From Candidatus Methylacidiphilales bacterium (GTDB lineage Bacteria > Verrucomicrobiota > Verrucomicrobiia > Methylacidiphilales > Verrucolacustridaceae), in the NCBI GenBank assembly GCA_044348085.1, contig JBIKTM010000005.1:14563-78562 (forward strand): a stretch of DNA of 64,000 nt. Reading direction: 5' to 3'. Numbering within the stretch: position 1 is the stretch's first letter; each line of letters begins with the position of its first letter. Shown here one piece after another: positions 8,454 through 18,163 of the stretch. Below the pieces are notes generated by a model. The model ran no database searches. It was not told the origin of the DNA and saw nothing but the letters and a program-made list of their open reading frames with translations. Made by a program: the position numbers and the translations under genes.

Positions 8454-10719
8454 TTCTTCTGATTGGATTAAGGGGAAGAAGAGAATTCACCTGATTGGTG
8501 TTTCTGGTTCCGGAATGACCCCATTGGCTGAAATTCTCCTCGATTTAGGGCATCGGGTAAGCGGGTCGGATATTAAGCCTGTCGCAGATCGGTTACTGAA
8601 GAGAGGACTTGAATTTACCCTAGGTCACGAGTTTTCCAAAATGGATGAAGTGGATGCGGTGGTGGCATCGGCAGCGATTCCAGATGAAAACAGGGAGTGG
8701 ATGGAGGCGAAGAAGCGCAAGATATCAAGGTTTCGTCGAGGTGAGGTTTTGGCTCAGTTGGCTCAGGGAAAAAAGCTCGTGGCTGTGATGGGTTCTCACG
8801 GGAAGACAACCACAGCAACCCTTTTGGCGCAGATTTTCCATGAGGCAGGGTTAGAACCGTGTTTTTATTTGGGTGGATACTCGCCTGCCCTGGGTGTTTC
8901 AGGAGCTTGGAATAAGGGGGAGTGGTTGATTGCTGAGGTGGACGAGAGCGAGGGGGCACCCGCACAGATGAAGCCTTGGGCGGCGCTGCTGTTAAATGCG
9001 GATCACGAGCATGTGGATCGCTATGCGGATGAGAAAGCGGTAGTGGCGGCTTATCGTGAGGTTTTGGGTCAAGTCACAGGCCCTGTTGTAGTTGTGGCCA
9101 AGGAGGAAAAAGCGGCCATGGAGGCAACGATGGGGGTGAAAACCAAAGTTACTTTCGGGTGGGAGAAGAGTGAGGCTGATTATGTGGGTCGGTGGGAGGG
9201 GGAGACTGCGAACGGGATTCAATTTGGAGTAATGAAAAGTGGAAAAGATTTGGGAAGTTTTTCAGTGGCAGCTACAGGAAGGCACAATGGAGGAAACGCT
9301 TTGGGAGGGTTGGCTTTGGCAGCGGAGTTGGGAGTGGAGGTCGAGAAGATCCGTAAGGGCTTGAAAGCGTTTCGACGGGCAGATCGAAGATTCGAAATTC
9401 TTACTAGTGGGCCCGGCTTGGAGGTGGTGGATGACTATGCGCATCACCCGAGAGAGGTGGAGGCGACGATTGCGTCCGCCCGCGCAAGGGGTCGGGCACG
9501 TGTGGTGGCAATCTTTCAACCTCATCGTCACACAAGATTGGCGACTTTTATGAGTGGATTCGCGGAGGCGCTACGGAATGCGGATCACGTTGTGATTTTA
9601 CCTACGTATGCGGCTGGAGAGAAAACTATGGAGGGGGCGGGGGTCGAGCAACTTGTTCGGGCGATTCAAGAAAAGGGAGGAACGGTGGATTTGGCGGGAT
9701 CGATGTCGGAGTGCAGGTCGATTTTGGGAAGGCTTTGGCAAGAGGGGGATCTGTTTTTAATGATGGGTGCAGGGGATGTGACCCAAATGGCCCGTAAGAT
9801 GGCGAAAGATTTTCTTGGGTTCTACAAGGTAAGGGATTTGGCAAAAGGCGAGGGGGTTGTGCGTTGGTATGAGCCGATGCGGAAGCACACCACCATTCGT
9901 ATTGGAGGGCCAGCGCAAGTGTGGTTTGAGCCAGAAAGTGAAGCTGCATTAGGTCGGGTCGTGGAGTGGTGTGCAAATGAGAAGGTGCCTCTGACCGTGG
10001 TAGGACGGGGAAGTAACCTACTGGTGCGGGATGGCGGTATTTCGGGGGTGTGCGTGCATTTTGGTCAACCGGGCATGAGCAAGATCGAGGTGGTGGATGG
10101 CAAGATTCATGCGGGGGCGGGAGCTCGGCTTAAACAGATTGTCGCTGTGGCAAAAGCAAACGGAATCATGGGTTTGGAATTTATGGAAGGGATTCCCGGC
10201 GCTCTTGGCGGGGCGATGAGGATGAATGCTGGGGCGATGGAGTCTTGGACCTTTGAAACGATAGAAAGCGTGAGGGTGATGGACCGAAAAGGAAAAGTGA
10301 GTGAGGTATTGAGAGGTGAGTTCGAGGTGAAATATCGGAGGGTACCAAGATTAGTGGAGGAGATTGCGGTGGGGGCTGTTCTGCATGGGAAGCCAGGGAA
10401 TCCTGAGGAGATTGCTGAAAAACTTAAACAGTACAGCCGGAAGAGATGGGATTCGCAACCCGCTGCGCCTAGTGCGGGTTGTATTTTCAAGAATGCGGAG
10501 AAGATTCCTGCAGGAAGATTGATCGAAGAGTTGGGATTGAAGGATACAGCGATCGGAGGTGCTCGGATCTCGCCCGTGCACGGAAATTTCATCGTGAACC
10601 AAGGCGGAGCGAAAGCGGTGGATGTGTTGGCGTTGATGGATCAGGTTCGGGCAAGGGCTCAAAAGGATCGGGGAATCGATTTGGAGCCTGAGGTCATTGT
10701 GGTGGGGGAAGACGAATGA
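8443..10719 (+). CDS. murC-murB: Fused UDP-MurNAc--L-alanine ligase (N-terminal) and UDP-N-acetylenolpyruvoylglucosamine reductase (C-terminal)
   Basis: MurC motifs GVSGSGM, GSHGKTTT, EVDESE, DDYAHHP, FQPHR, then MurB motifs HTTIRIGGPA, GRGSNLL, GIPGALGGAMRMNAGA, QPAAPSAGCIFKN in one uninterrupted 758-aa ORF. Confidence 0.95.
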   Translation: MSFNSSDWIKGKKRIHLIGVSGSGMTPLAEILLDLGHRVSGSDIKPVADRLLKRGLEFTLGHEFSKMDEVDAVVASAAIPDENREWMEAKKRKISRFRRGEVLAQLAQGKKLVAVMGSHGKTTTATLLAQIFHEAGLEPCFYLGGYSPALGVSGAWNKGEWLIAEVDESEGAPAQMKPWAALLLNADHEHVDRYADEKAVVAAYREVLGQVTGPVVVVAKEEKAAMEATMGVKTKVTFGWEKSEADYVGRWEGETANGIQFGVMKSGKDLGSFSVAATGRHNGGNALGGLALAAELGVEVEKIRKGLKAFRRADRRFEILTSGPGLEVVDDYAHHPREVEATIASARARGRARVVAIFQPHRHTRLATFMSGFAEALRNADHVVILPTYAAGEKTMEGAGVEQLVRAIQEKGGTVDLAGSMSECRSILGRLWQEGDLFLMMGAGDVTQMARKMAKDFLGFYKVRDLAKGEGVVRWYEPMRKHTTIRIGGPAQVWFEPESEAALGRVVEWCANEKVPLTVVGRGSNLLVRDGGISGVCVHFGQPGMSKIEVVDGKIHAGAGARLKQIVAVAKANGIMGLEFMEGIPGALGGAMRMNAGAMESWTFETIESVRVMDRKGKVSEVLRGEFEVKYRRVPRLVEEIAVGAVLHGKPGNPEEIAEKLKQYSRKRWDSQPAAPSAGCIFKNAEKIPAGRLIEELGLKDTAIGGARISPVHGNFIVNQGGAKAVDVLALMDQVRARAQKDRGIDLEPEVIVVGEDE

Positions 10720-11624
10720 AACCCGAGAAAATGAAAGTAGCGGTTTTGGCGGGTGGAATTTCAAGGGAGCGGGATGTCTCCTTGCGGAGTGGTGCGGGAG
10801 TGGCCAAGGCGTTGCGATCGTTGGGCGTGAAGGTGTTGGAGGTGGATGTGAAGGAGAAGGGGCTCAAAGTGCCGCAGGGAACTGACATATGTTTTCTATG
10901 TCTGCATGGAACCTATGGAGAGGATGGTGAGGTTCAGGCGGAGCTGGAGGCGGCTCAGATGCCATTTACAGGAAGTGGTTCCGTAGCCAGCGCACTGGCT
11001 TTCGACAAACTGAGGGCCCGGGATGTCCTGGTGGCGGCTGGTATACCCATGGCTGAAAGTATGGAGTGGAGGAAGGATCATGATTGGAAACCTCCGTACG
11101 TGTGTAAACCCGTTGCGGATGGATCCAGTTTCGGTGTTCACCTTGTTCGTGATGAAAAAGAGGCGGCGACTGCAATGAAGAGTTCGGAAAAGTGGAAGGG
11201 TGCGATGATGATGGAGCGATTGGTAGAAGGAGTAGAAATGACCGTGGGCATCTTGGGGGAAAAACCACTTCCTGTTGTTGAGATTAGGCCCGTAAAGGGA
11301 TTTTATGATTTCGCCAATAAGTATACGGCAGGCGCAACCCAGTACCTTTGCCCCGCACCCATCACCAAAGAACAGGCGGAAGAGGTGCAAGCCGTATCCC
11401 TTGCAGCTCATCGCGCGCTGGGTTGTGAGGTTCTATCTCGCGTGGATCTGATCGTTGATCGAGATGGGAAAATCAATGTTTTGGAAGTTAATACGCTTCC
11501 AGGAATGACGGACCTGAGCCTCTTTCCGAAGGCAGGTCGGACCGGGGGAATCGATTTTGCATCCCTCTGTTTGAAAATATTAGAGCTTTCTTGGGAGAGA
11601 TTCAAAAAAGGAGTGACATCATGA
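10716..11624 (+). CDS. ddl: D-alanine--D-alanine ligase
   Basis: GGISRERDVSLRSG, LHGTYGEDG, GSSFGV, LEVNTLPGMT. Confidence 0.96.
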   Translation: MKPEKMKVAVLAGGISRERDVSLRSGAGVAKALRSLGVKVLEVDVKEKGLKVPQGTDICFLCLHGTYGEDGEVQAELEAAQMPFTGSGSVASALAFDKLRARDVLVAAGIPMAESMEWRKDHDWKPPYVCKPVADGSSFGVHLVRDEKEAATAMKSSEKWKGAMMMERLVEGVEMTVGILGEKPLPVVEIRPVKGFYDFANKYTAGATQYLCPAPITKEQAEEVQAVSLAAHRALGCEVLSRVDLIVDRDGKINVLEVNTLPGMTDLSLFPKAGRTGGIDFASLCLKILELSWERFKKGVTS

Positions 11625-12532
11625 AGTTCAAACGAGTTCCATTCTTTTCGTCAAAAAAACAACGTCAGCGAAGTCGGCGCGCACGGCATGTGCTGGCTGC
11701 GCGAATGACAGGAAAAGAGAGTGCGCGTGCATTTAGCCGGCGTGTTGGGTTTCTCCTTCTTCTTGCCGGTTCTTTGGCCACGGCTGCGTTAGTGACCTCG
11801 ATCGGGATGGATGCGATTTTAGGGGCTCTTCTATATCGAAATACAGATTTCACTCTTCGGCGGTTCGTGATTGAACCTGCCAATAAGATTGGAAAGGGAG
11901 AACTCGTGGCGGCGAGTGGTGTGAAGATTGGTCAGAACGTCTTGCAACTGTCCTTAGACGAGGTGAAGGCATCGATTGAAAAGATTCCTCACGTGGCCTC
12001 GGTACGGGTGGAGCGTCATTTGCCTGATACTTTATACTTCTTTGTGGAAGAGCGGAGGCCTGTCGCCCTTTTGGCCCCTACGCCTTCTGCGGGGATGCAG
12101 TTGGCACAACCGATGTACTATATCGACACACGTGGCTTTGTCTTAAAGCCCAAGCCAGGGGAGAAGTTGATGTCGCTCCCTGTGATTACTGGAATTTCAT
12201 CGGATGAGGTTGTGGAGGGTGAAGTAATGAATCATCCCGATGTCAAAGCAGCCCTTCTTTTTATCCGAGAGGCTTCTCTGGCTGCCGTCCGGGATGGATT
12301 GGATTTCTCGAAAATAGTGATCGAGGGGCCCGGACGCTTCCAAATATCGACACCCAGAGGAGGAAAGATCCGTTTCCGGACTCAATTCCTGAGCGAACAG
12401 TTTGAGCGTCTGAACGTCATTTTTGAGTACGCGGAAACCAAGGGACGGATCGTTCAGACCGTAGATTTAACCCCTGAACGTAACGTTCCTGTCACCTTCT
12501 TGAGCACAAAACCTGGAGAACAAACCCTATGA
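11621..12532 (+). CDS. ftsQ: Cell division protein FtsQ/DivIB
   Basis: Basic N-terminus, one TM helix, POTRA-like segment (VRVERHLPDTLYFFVEERRPVA); between ddl and ftsA. Confidence 0.88.
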   Translation: MKFKRVPFFSSKKQRQRSRRARHVLAARMTGKESARAFSRRVGFLLLLAGSLATAALVTSIGMDAILGALLYRNTDFTLRRFVIEPANKIGKGELVAASGVKIGQNVLQLSLDEVKASIEKIPHVASVRVERHLPDTLYFFVEERRPVALLAPTPSAGMQLAQPMYYIDTRGFVLKPKPGEKLMSLPVITGISSDEVVEGEVMNHPDVKAALLFIREASLAAVRDGLDFSKIVIEGPGRFQISTPRGGKIRFRTQFLSEQFERLNVIFEYAETKGRIVQTVDLTPERNVPVTFLSTKPGEQTL

Positions 12533-13779
12533 TCATGCGAAGAACCCCGACTGAAGAAATCCTCATTGCGACCGATCTTGGTACGCAAACGATGAAGGTA
12601 GCGGTTGCAGAGATGTCTGAGGACGGAGCGTTAACTTTATTAGGAGTGGGTGAGTCTGCATCCGCAGGAATGCGCAAAGCGGAGGTAACAGATTTTGGAT
12701 ATGCCCAAACGGCAGCCCGAGTCGCTCTGGCGGAAGCTGAGCGGAGGACTCAGGCAGAGATTACTGAAGTCTACCTGTCTTTGAGCGGCACCCATTTAAA
12801 CTCCAGAAACGAGACAGTGCGGGGCGTTACGGTTGCTGAGGATGATCATCGCGTGACGGAGGGATCTCTAGAGGAACTGCATAAACTAGCGGCGAATCTG
12901 CCTTTGAGTCGGGATCATGCAATCCTCCACGAACTTTTGAGGGGTTACTCGTTAGATCGTGGGGTCGGTTCTGGTCAACCGCTGGGAGTGCATACCGAGC
13001 AGATTGAGGCGCACTACCATCTTGTGACTGGGAAAAGGACACTTCTGCAGACTGCGGTGCAGTGTGTGGCAGATCAGAAGATTCGGGTGAAAGGTTGCAC
13101 CTTTTCGGCCTATGCCTCTGGGCTGGCTGTATTGAGTGAGGATGCAAAAAAGCGCGGAGCGGTGGTGATCGATCTGGGTGCCGGTGTTACAGATGTCGCA
13201 GTGTGGAGGGACGACGCAGTGGTGCATTCCGCTGTGCATGGAGTAGGTGGGGATCACCTGACACAGGATCTTTCCATTGGTCTGGAGGTTCCATACGCGC
13301 GAGCCGAGAGGTTAAAAAAAGAGATGGGCTCTGTCGTTCTGGAGCCCATGGAGAAAGACGAGAAGATTACCCTAGCCCGTGAGGTGAGTTTTGATGGACG
13401 AGTCTTCTTTAAAGAGGCGATGGTGCAGATTCTGCAGGCTCGGATGGCGGAGATATGGCAGATCATCAAAGATGATCTGGAGGAGCAGAATCTGTGGAGT
13501 GCGATTGAGACAGAGGTGGTGGTGACGGGTGGCGGGGCCCGACTCCGAGGACTTAGTCGCTTGGCATCTGAAATACTGCCACGCCCTGTGAGGATCGGCA
13601 GGACACGCGATTTTCTGGGCGAGCAGAGCGATCTGGAGCGGCCAGAATTTTCAACCGTCTTAGGCACCCTACGCTATGCGGCCGATTGTGAACGGCGGGA
13701 GTCCAGTCAGCTAAAGGGTTGGAGAAAAATTCAGAAATCCTTGGGACGGGTCGTCTCAGGAATGCGCTTTTTGGCGTAA
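12529..13779 (+). CDS. ftsA: Cell division protein FtsA
   Basis: DLGTQTMKV, VIDLGAGVTDVAV, VGGDHLTQD, AERLKK, VTGGGARLRG. Confidence 0.95.
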   Translation: MIMRRTPTEEILIATDLGTQTMKVAVAEMSEDGALTLLGVGESASAGMRKAEVTDFGYAQTAARVALAEAERRTQAEITEVYLSLSGTHLNSRNETVRGVTVAEDDHRVTEGSLEELHKLAANLPLSRDHAILHELLRGYSLDRGVGSGQPLGVHTEQIEAHYHLVTGKRTLLQTAVQCVADQKIRVKGCTFSAYASGLAVLSEDAKKRGAVVIDLGAGVTDVAVWRDDAVVHSAVHGVGGDHLTQDLSIGLEVPYARAERLKKEMGSVVLEPMEKDEKITLAREVSFDGRVFFKEAMVQILQARMAEIWQIIKDDLEEQNLWSAIETEVVVTGGGARLRGLSRLASEILPRPVRIGRTRDFLGEQSDLERPEFSTVLGTLRYAADCERRESSQLKGWRKIQKSLGRVVSGMRFLA

Positions 13780-13796
13780 AGAAAGGAAACAAAACT

Positions 13797-14990
13797 ATGA
13801 ATCACTCATCTCAAGAAAATTCATCCGTAGCCATTCTTGCTCTCGGAGGAGCGGGAGCGGCGGTGCTTGACAATTTAGCGGTAGCTTGTGAGGGGGAGCA
13901 TCGAACCCTCTGCATAGATACCGACGCGTTGGCGTTGCGTGGGACAGTGGCGGGGAAAAAGATTCTAGTAGCTCCAGAGCGAGTGCATGGAATGGGTACA
14001 GGCGGCGAGGGGGAACTTTTGGAGGGATTGAGTTTGGAAGAGGGAGATAGTTTAGATCCGTTGCTTCAAGGAATTCAGACCGCCTTGATCGTACTATCCG
14101 TGAGTGGGGGCACGGGATCTGCACTTGGACCCAGTTTGGTACGACGATTAAAGAAGCAGGGATCGGAAGTGGTGGTGTTCGCAATGACACCCTTTGGATT
14201 TGAGGGTCGAAAGAAAAAGGAGAAGGCTGAGTCGGCTTTGAAAGCGTTACGGAATTCAGCTGATGCAGTGCTGGTTTTTGGAAACGACAGGTTGCTGGAG
14301 ACTTCGATGGCAAAAGATTTAAGGGAGGGTCAGCGTGCATTGAATCGGGCGTTGGCAAAAACGATTCATGGATTAGCTCATGTGATGGAGAAGGGGGGAT
14401 TGGTGCATTTAGGCGTCGATGAGCTTCGTGAAGCTGTGGGTCAAGGGGTGGATGCGGTTGCCCAATTCGAAAATGCATGGGCAGGAGTAGCCGAGGCCTC
14501 TGGTGAGGGCCGGGAGGAGGCAGCGATAGAGGCGGTTGTGGAGGATATCCTTTTGGAGGATGGAAGGGCCTGGAAAGATGGAAATCGGGTTCTGGTGAGC
14601 GTGATCACTGGACCTGAGACATCTCTGCAGGATTTTCATGGTTTGCTTGAAAAAATCCGGCGCCGGCTACCCGTAGATCTGCCCATTTCCGCTGGGGCTG
14701 CTGTAGATCCTGAAAGAAGTGAGTCGATTGGATTGACTGTGCTTGTGACGAGGAGGTGTGAGGAGGTGATGTTACCAAAGGTCGAGGTGGCCTCGAAGTC
14801 GTCTGCTGAAATGAGCCAAGAGCAAGCTGAGTCGAAAGCTAAAAGAAGAAAGAAATTTGTAGCTGCCCAAGCCGAATTAGAATTCGATAAAACACCGAGC
14901 CGATTTGCGAGGTCATCTCCTAGCGTACGAGGGGCGGAGGATTTAGATCGGCCGACCTTCCAGCGGAAGGGGATTAAACTCAGGGTTTGA
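13797..14990 (+). CDS. ftsZ: Divergent FtsZ/tubulin-family protein
   Basis: Follows ftsA. Retains LGGAG, IDTD, GGTGS, PFGFEG, NDRL and the C-terminal DLDRPTFQRK, but the GTPase motifs are degenerate. Confidence 0.88.
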   Translation: MNHSSQENSSVAILALGGAGAAVLDNLAVACEGEHRTLCIDTDALALRGTVAGKKILVAPERVHGMGTGGEGELLEGLSLEEGDSLDPLLQGIQTALIVLSVSGGTGSALGPSLVRRLKKQGSEVVVFAMTPFGFEGRKKKEKAESALKALRNSADAVLVFGNDRLLETSMAKDLREGQRALNRALAKTIHGLAHVMEKGGLVHLGVDELREAVGQGVDAVAQFENAWAGVAEASGEGREEAAIEAVVEDILLEDGRAWKDGNRVLVSVITGPETSLQDFHGLLEKIRRRLPVDLPISAGAAVDPERSESIGLTVLVTRRCEEVMLPKVEVASKSSAEMSQEQAESKAKRRKKFVAAQAELEFDKTPSRFARSSPSVRGAEDLDRPTFQRKGIKLRV

Positions 14991-15043
14991 TTGATCGGTG
15001 ACCCTTTCCTACCCAAGAGTTCGTCTTTAGGTTAGGGTCAAGA

Positions 15044-16411
15044 ATGGCATTTCGGTTTCCATGTTTGCTCGGGTTGATCTGCTTCAGCGGGGCTTTTGCC
15101 CAAGAAGGTAGTGTTCCTGTCTTTCGCTTAGGCATCGATGTATTAGCGGATCGGGGTTTTCAGGATTTGAGGGGAAAGCGGGTAGGGTTGGTGACGAACC
15201 CATCGGGAGTTGATGGGAAGGGAGTGCCGACTTGGCGAAGGTTCCGGGATGCTGAAGGCGTAAACTTAGTGGCTTTGTATGGGCCAGAACACGGGGTTTT
15301 TGGGAAAGTTGGTGCGGGAGATAAAGTTTCGGGTGAGAGGCACGGAGAGGATCAAAACCAAGACGGAAAAATTTCGAAGAATGAAGAGACGGGGATCAGG
15401 GTTTTCTCGCTCTATGGGGATACGAGGAAACCCACTCCCAAGATGCTGGATGGTGTCGATGTGCTGGTTTACGACCTCCAGGATGTGGGGTGTAGGTCGT
15501 ATACGTATATCAGCACATTGGGGTTGGTGATGGAGGCAGCACAGGAGAGGGGAGTCGAAGTAATGGTGTTGGATCGTCCGAATCCTCTAGGAAACTTTCG
15601 CGTGGAGGGTCCGCGTCCGCAGGGAGAAGGAGTCCTGACCTCCTTTATTGGGCAGTACGACATTCCTTATGTGTATGGGCTTACGGTAGGGGAGCTTGCC
15701 AAATGGATTAACGAAGTTCATTTGAGGCGCCCGTGTAGTTTGTCAGTGATTCCCATGAAGGGGTGGAATCAGAAGATGACTTGGGAGGATACTGGACTGA
15801 AGTGGGTTCCCACTTCACCCAATATTCCGATCACTCGTTGTGCGCGAGGGTACGTCGCAACTGGGTTCTTTGGGGAGTTGGGCGTTAGCAATGGAGCCAA
15901 TCCAACGGGAGTACCCACGACGGGGTTGGATGGAACGGTGGTTCAGCCGTTTGATATCTTTGCGCTCGAGAATGTGGATGCGGAGGAGCTTTGTCGGAAA
16001 ATGACAGAGTGGGGATTCAACGGGGTTAAGTTCACTCCGTTTCGCTTCAAACCGCCGACGGGTAAGTATCGATCCGTTGTCATGGCAGGGGCACGAGTCG
16101 CAATCGATCCGCAGGCTCCAGCTAATATTACGGCCATCAATATGGCGGGTCTGGAGTTTCTGAAAAAGCTTTTACCCAAAAAGAGGTTTTTCTCGGATGC
16201 GGAGAATATGTTGATGTTTGATAAGCTGAATCGAGGCCGACAGACAAGGAAGGCAGTTGAGGGGGGGATGAGCGCAAGGCAGATTGTGGCCAGTTGGGAT
16301 GTAGGTGTGGCTAAGTGGCGAGAAGAGAGAAAGCCGTACTTGCTGTATCCGGAGAGTCCATTGCCGACACGAAAAGTCCCGGCCACGGGGTCGGCAAGGC
16401 TCAAGCCGTAA
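15044..16411 (+). CDS. namZ: Exo-beta-N-acetylmuramidase NamZ (DUF1343) family protein, secreted
   Basis: Signal peptide; GKRVGLVTNPSG, YGPEHG, SLYG, DLQDVGCRSYTY, VLDRPNP, YGLTVGELA, WVPTSPNIP. Confidence 0.88.
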   Translation: MAFRFPCLLGLICFSGAFAQEGSVPVFRLGIDVLADRGFQDLRGKRVGLVTNPSGVDGKGVPTWRRFRDAEGVNLVALYGPEHGVFGKVGAGDKVSGERHGEDQNQDGKISKNEETGIRVFSLYGDTRKPTPKMLDGVDVLVYDLQDVGCRSYTYISTLGLVMEAAQERGVEVMVLDRPNPLGNFRVEGPRPQGEGVLTSFIGQYDIPYVYGLTVGELAKWINEVHLRRPCSLSVIPMKGWNQKMTWEDTGLKWVPTSPNIPITRCARGYVATGFFGELGVSNGANPTGVPTTGLDGTVVQPFDIFALENVDAEELCRKMTEWGFNGVKFTPFRFKPPTGKYRSVVMAGARVAIDPQAPANITAINMAGLEFLKKLLPKKRFFSDAENMLMFDKLNRGRQTRKAVEGGMSARQIVASWDVGVAKWREERKPYLLYPESPLPTRKVPATGSARLKP

Positions 16412-16416
16412 ATTTA

Positions 16417-16544
16417 GGTAGGGGCGGGTCTATAACCCGACTTTTCTGAGGGGTTTAGAAGTGCTATAAAGCATTGAAGAGGATGGTGTTAAAGAGGGGA
16501 TTAGGAAAGATGGAGAGATTTGAAAACGCTGCAAAAAAGCGAAG
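16417..16544 (+). repeat. Repeat A, copy 1 (5' of the Sel1 gene)
   Basis: By-hand ungapped alignment of 16433-16530 with 18917-19014 gives about 78/98 identities; starts with GTAG plus a CGGG..CCCG mini-hairpin. Confidence 0.9.
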
Positions 16545-16606
16545 TAAGAGGATTAACCTGTTTTTTTCAGTTCGCTACGGAAGAACTAGAAGGTAATGAA
16601 TTAATA

Positions 16607-17953
16607 ATGGAGCTAATGATTTTAAGAGGATTTGCTTTTCTCTTGTTCCTTGTCACATCCTCCCATTCAGAAGAAAAATATGAACTACAGAGCTATTCAC
16701 CGGAGCTTCTGAAAAAAGCAGAATCTGGAGATCCTAAAGCGCAGTTTTTGGTTGCAAAGTATTTACGGCTCGGGAAAGGAGTTTCTAAGAATGAGCACGA
16801 GGCCATAAAATGGTATATGCAAAGTGCCAAGCAAGGTCATACAAAATCCATGAACTCCTTGGGCGGGTACTATCTAGAAAATAAGGTTGATTCCCCGGAG
16901 ACAGATGCAGAAATCGCTAAAGCATTGCCTGAGATGTCATTCTCAATAGCGAAGAAAGATAAGAAGCAACCTCATAATCTTGAACAAGCCGTTTATTGGT
17001 TTTTCTTGGCGGCAGACGGAGGGAATCCACGAGCAAAAAGAAATATTGGTTTTTTATACAGTAAGGGGATTGGGCTGGAACAGAGCGATATTGATGCAGT
17101 TAAATGGTGGAAGGAGGCCGCTTTGGAGGGCGAAGTTTCTGCTCAATGTAATCTGGCCAACGCTTACCTAAATGGACGCGGATGTGAAAAAAACGAATCA
17201 AAAGCATTTGAGCTCATGTGTATGGCCGTCAACAAAACTCCCCAAGATGAAATCGACGAAAAAAATATAGCTGATGCTCAGGCCGAATTAGGTCGCTATT
17301 ATTATGAGGGTATAGGAACCAAAAAAAATCTAAACGATGTTTTCAAGTGGGCTACAAAGTCTGCTCAAAATGGATCAGCAATAGGTCAAAACAACCTTGG
17401 GAACGCTTATTACAATGGTTATGGAACCGAGAAAAATATATCTAACTCAATCATATGGTATCAAAAGTCAGCTGCACAAGGGAATGACGATGCCATGTAT
17501 CAATTGGGCTGGTTAAGCGCAAATGGAATCGGCCTTGAGAAGTCCAATGATAAAGCTTTTAGCTATTACAAAAAAGCTGCGGATAATGGAAACCGTGAGG
17601 CTCAAAATAACCTAGCTAACCTTTACTCAAAAGGGCTTGGCGTGCAAAAAAACGAAGCGGAAGCATTTCGTCTCTGGTTGAGATCATCTCTACAAACAAA
17701 CACCTTTGCGTTTGCGAATTTAGGTTTGTGCTATGAAAAGGGGACTGGTGTTAAAGTTAATATTTCCGAGGCCTTTCGTTGGTATGAAAAAGGCGCCTTG
17801 GCCGGTGAGCCAAGCGCGGAATACTATTTAGGCAGATGCTATGAAAGTGGTAATGGTGTTGATAAAAATCTAGATACGGCAAAGCAGTTGTATCTTAAGG
17901 CGGCGGACCAAGGGCTTAAGGAGGCAAAAGAGGCATTACGGAGCCTCGAATGA
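16607..17953 (+). CDS. Secreted Sel1-like repeat (SLR/TPR) protein
   Basis: About ten repeats of type AQxNLGxxYxxGxGVxxxxxxAxxWYxKAAxQG; hydrophobic N-terminus after M30/M33 of the ORF; AT-rich (sample line 17221: 24/60 GC). Confidence 0.92.
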   Translation: MELMILRGFAFLLFLVTSSHSEEKYELQSYSPELLKKAESGDPKAQFLVAKYLRLGKGVSKNEHEAIKWYMQSAKQGHTKSMNSLGGYYLENKVDSPETDAEIAKALPEMSFSIAKKDKKQPHNLEQAVYWFFLAADGGNPRAKRNIGFLYSKGIGLEQSDIDAVKWWKEAALEGEVSAQCNLANAYLNGRGCEKNESKAFELMCMAVNKTPQDEIDEKNIADAQAELGRYYYEGIGTKKNLNDVFKWATKSAQNGSAIGQNNLGNAYYNGYGTEKNISNSIIWYQKSAAQGNDDAMYQLGWLSANGIGLEKSNDKAFSYYKKAADNGNREAQNNLANLYSKGLGVQKNEAEAFRLWLRSSLQTNTFAFANLGLCYEKGTGVKVNISEAFRWYEKGALAGEPSAEYYLGRCYESGNGVDKNLDTAKQLYLKAADQGLKEAKEALRSLE

Positions 17954-17989
17954 GAATAAGTGTCATCTGAACGCTCCCATTCCTCAACC

Positions 17990-18120
17990 AATCCCCAACA
18001 AAACCCGTAGCAGAGAGGCCTGGCGGCCGAACCAAGTGGAAGGGGGCAGGTGGAAGGTGAAAGTTGGAAAGACTTTAAATTGACTGCGGCCTTCCACTTT
18101 CCACCTCCTGCCTTCCTGCA
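17990..18120 (+). repeat. Repeat B, copy 1: long imperfect hairpin 3' of the Sel1 gene; possible bidirectional terminator
   Basis: GGAAGGGGGCAGGTGGAAGGTGAAAG (18038-18063) pairs with CTTCCACTTTCCACCTCCTGCCTTCC (18091-18116); second copy at 19934-20071. Confidence 0.88.
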
Positions 18121-18163
18121 AAGCGAAGCGGTTGGGAGCTCCGAATATTCAGTCAGCTACAAA

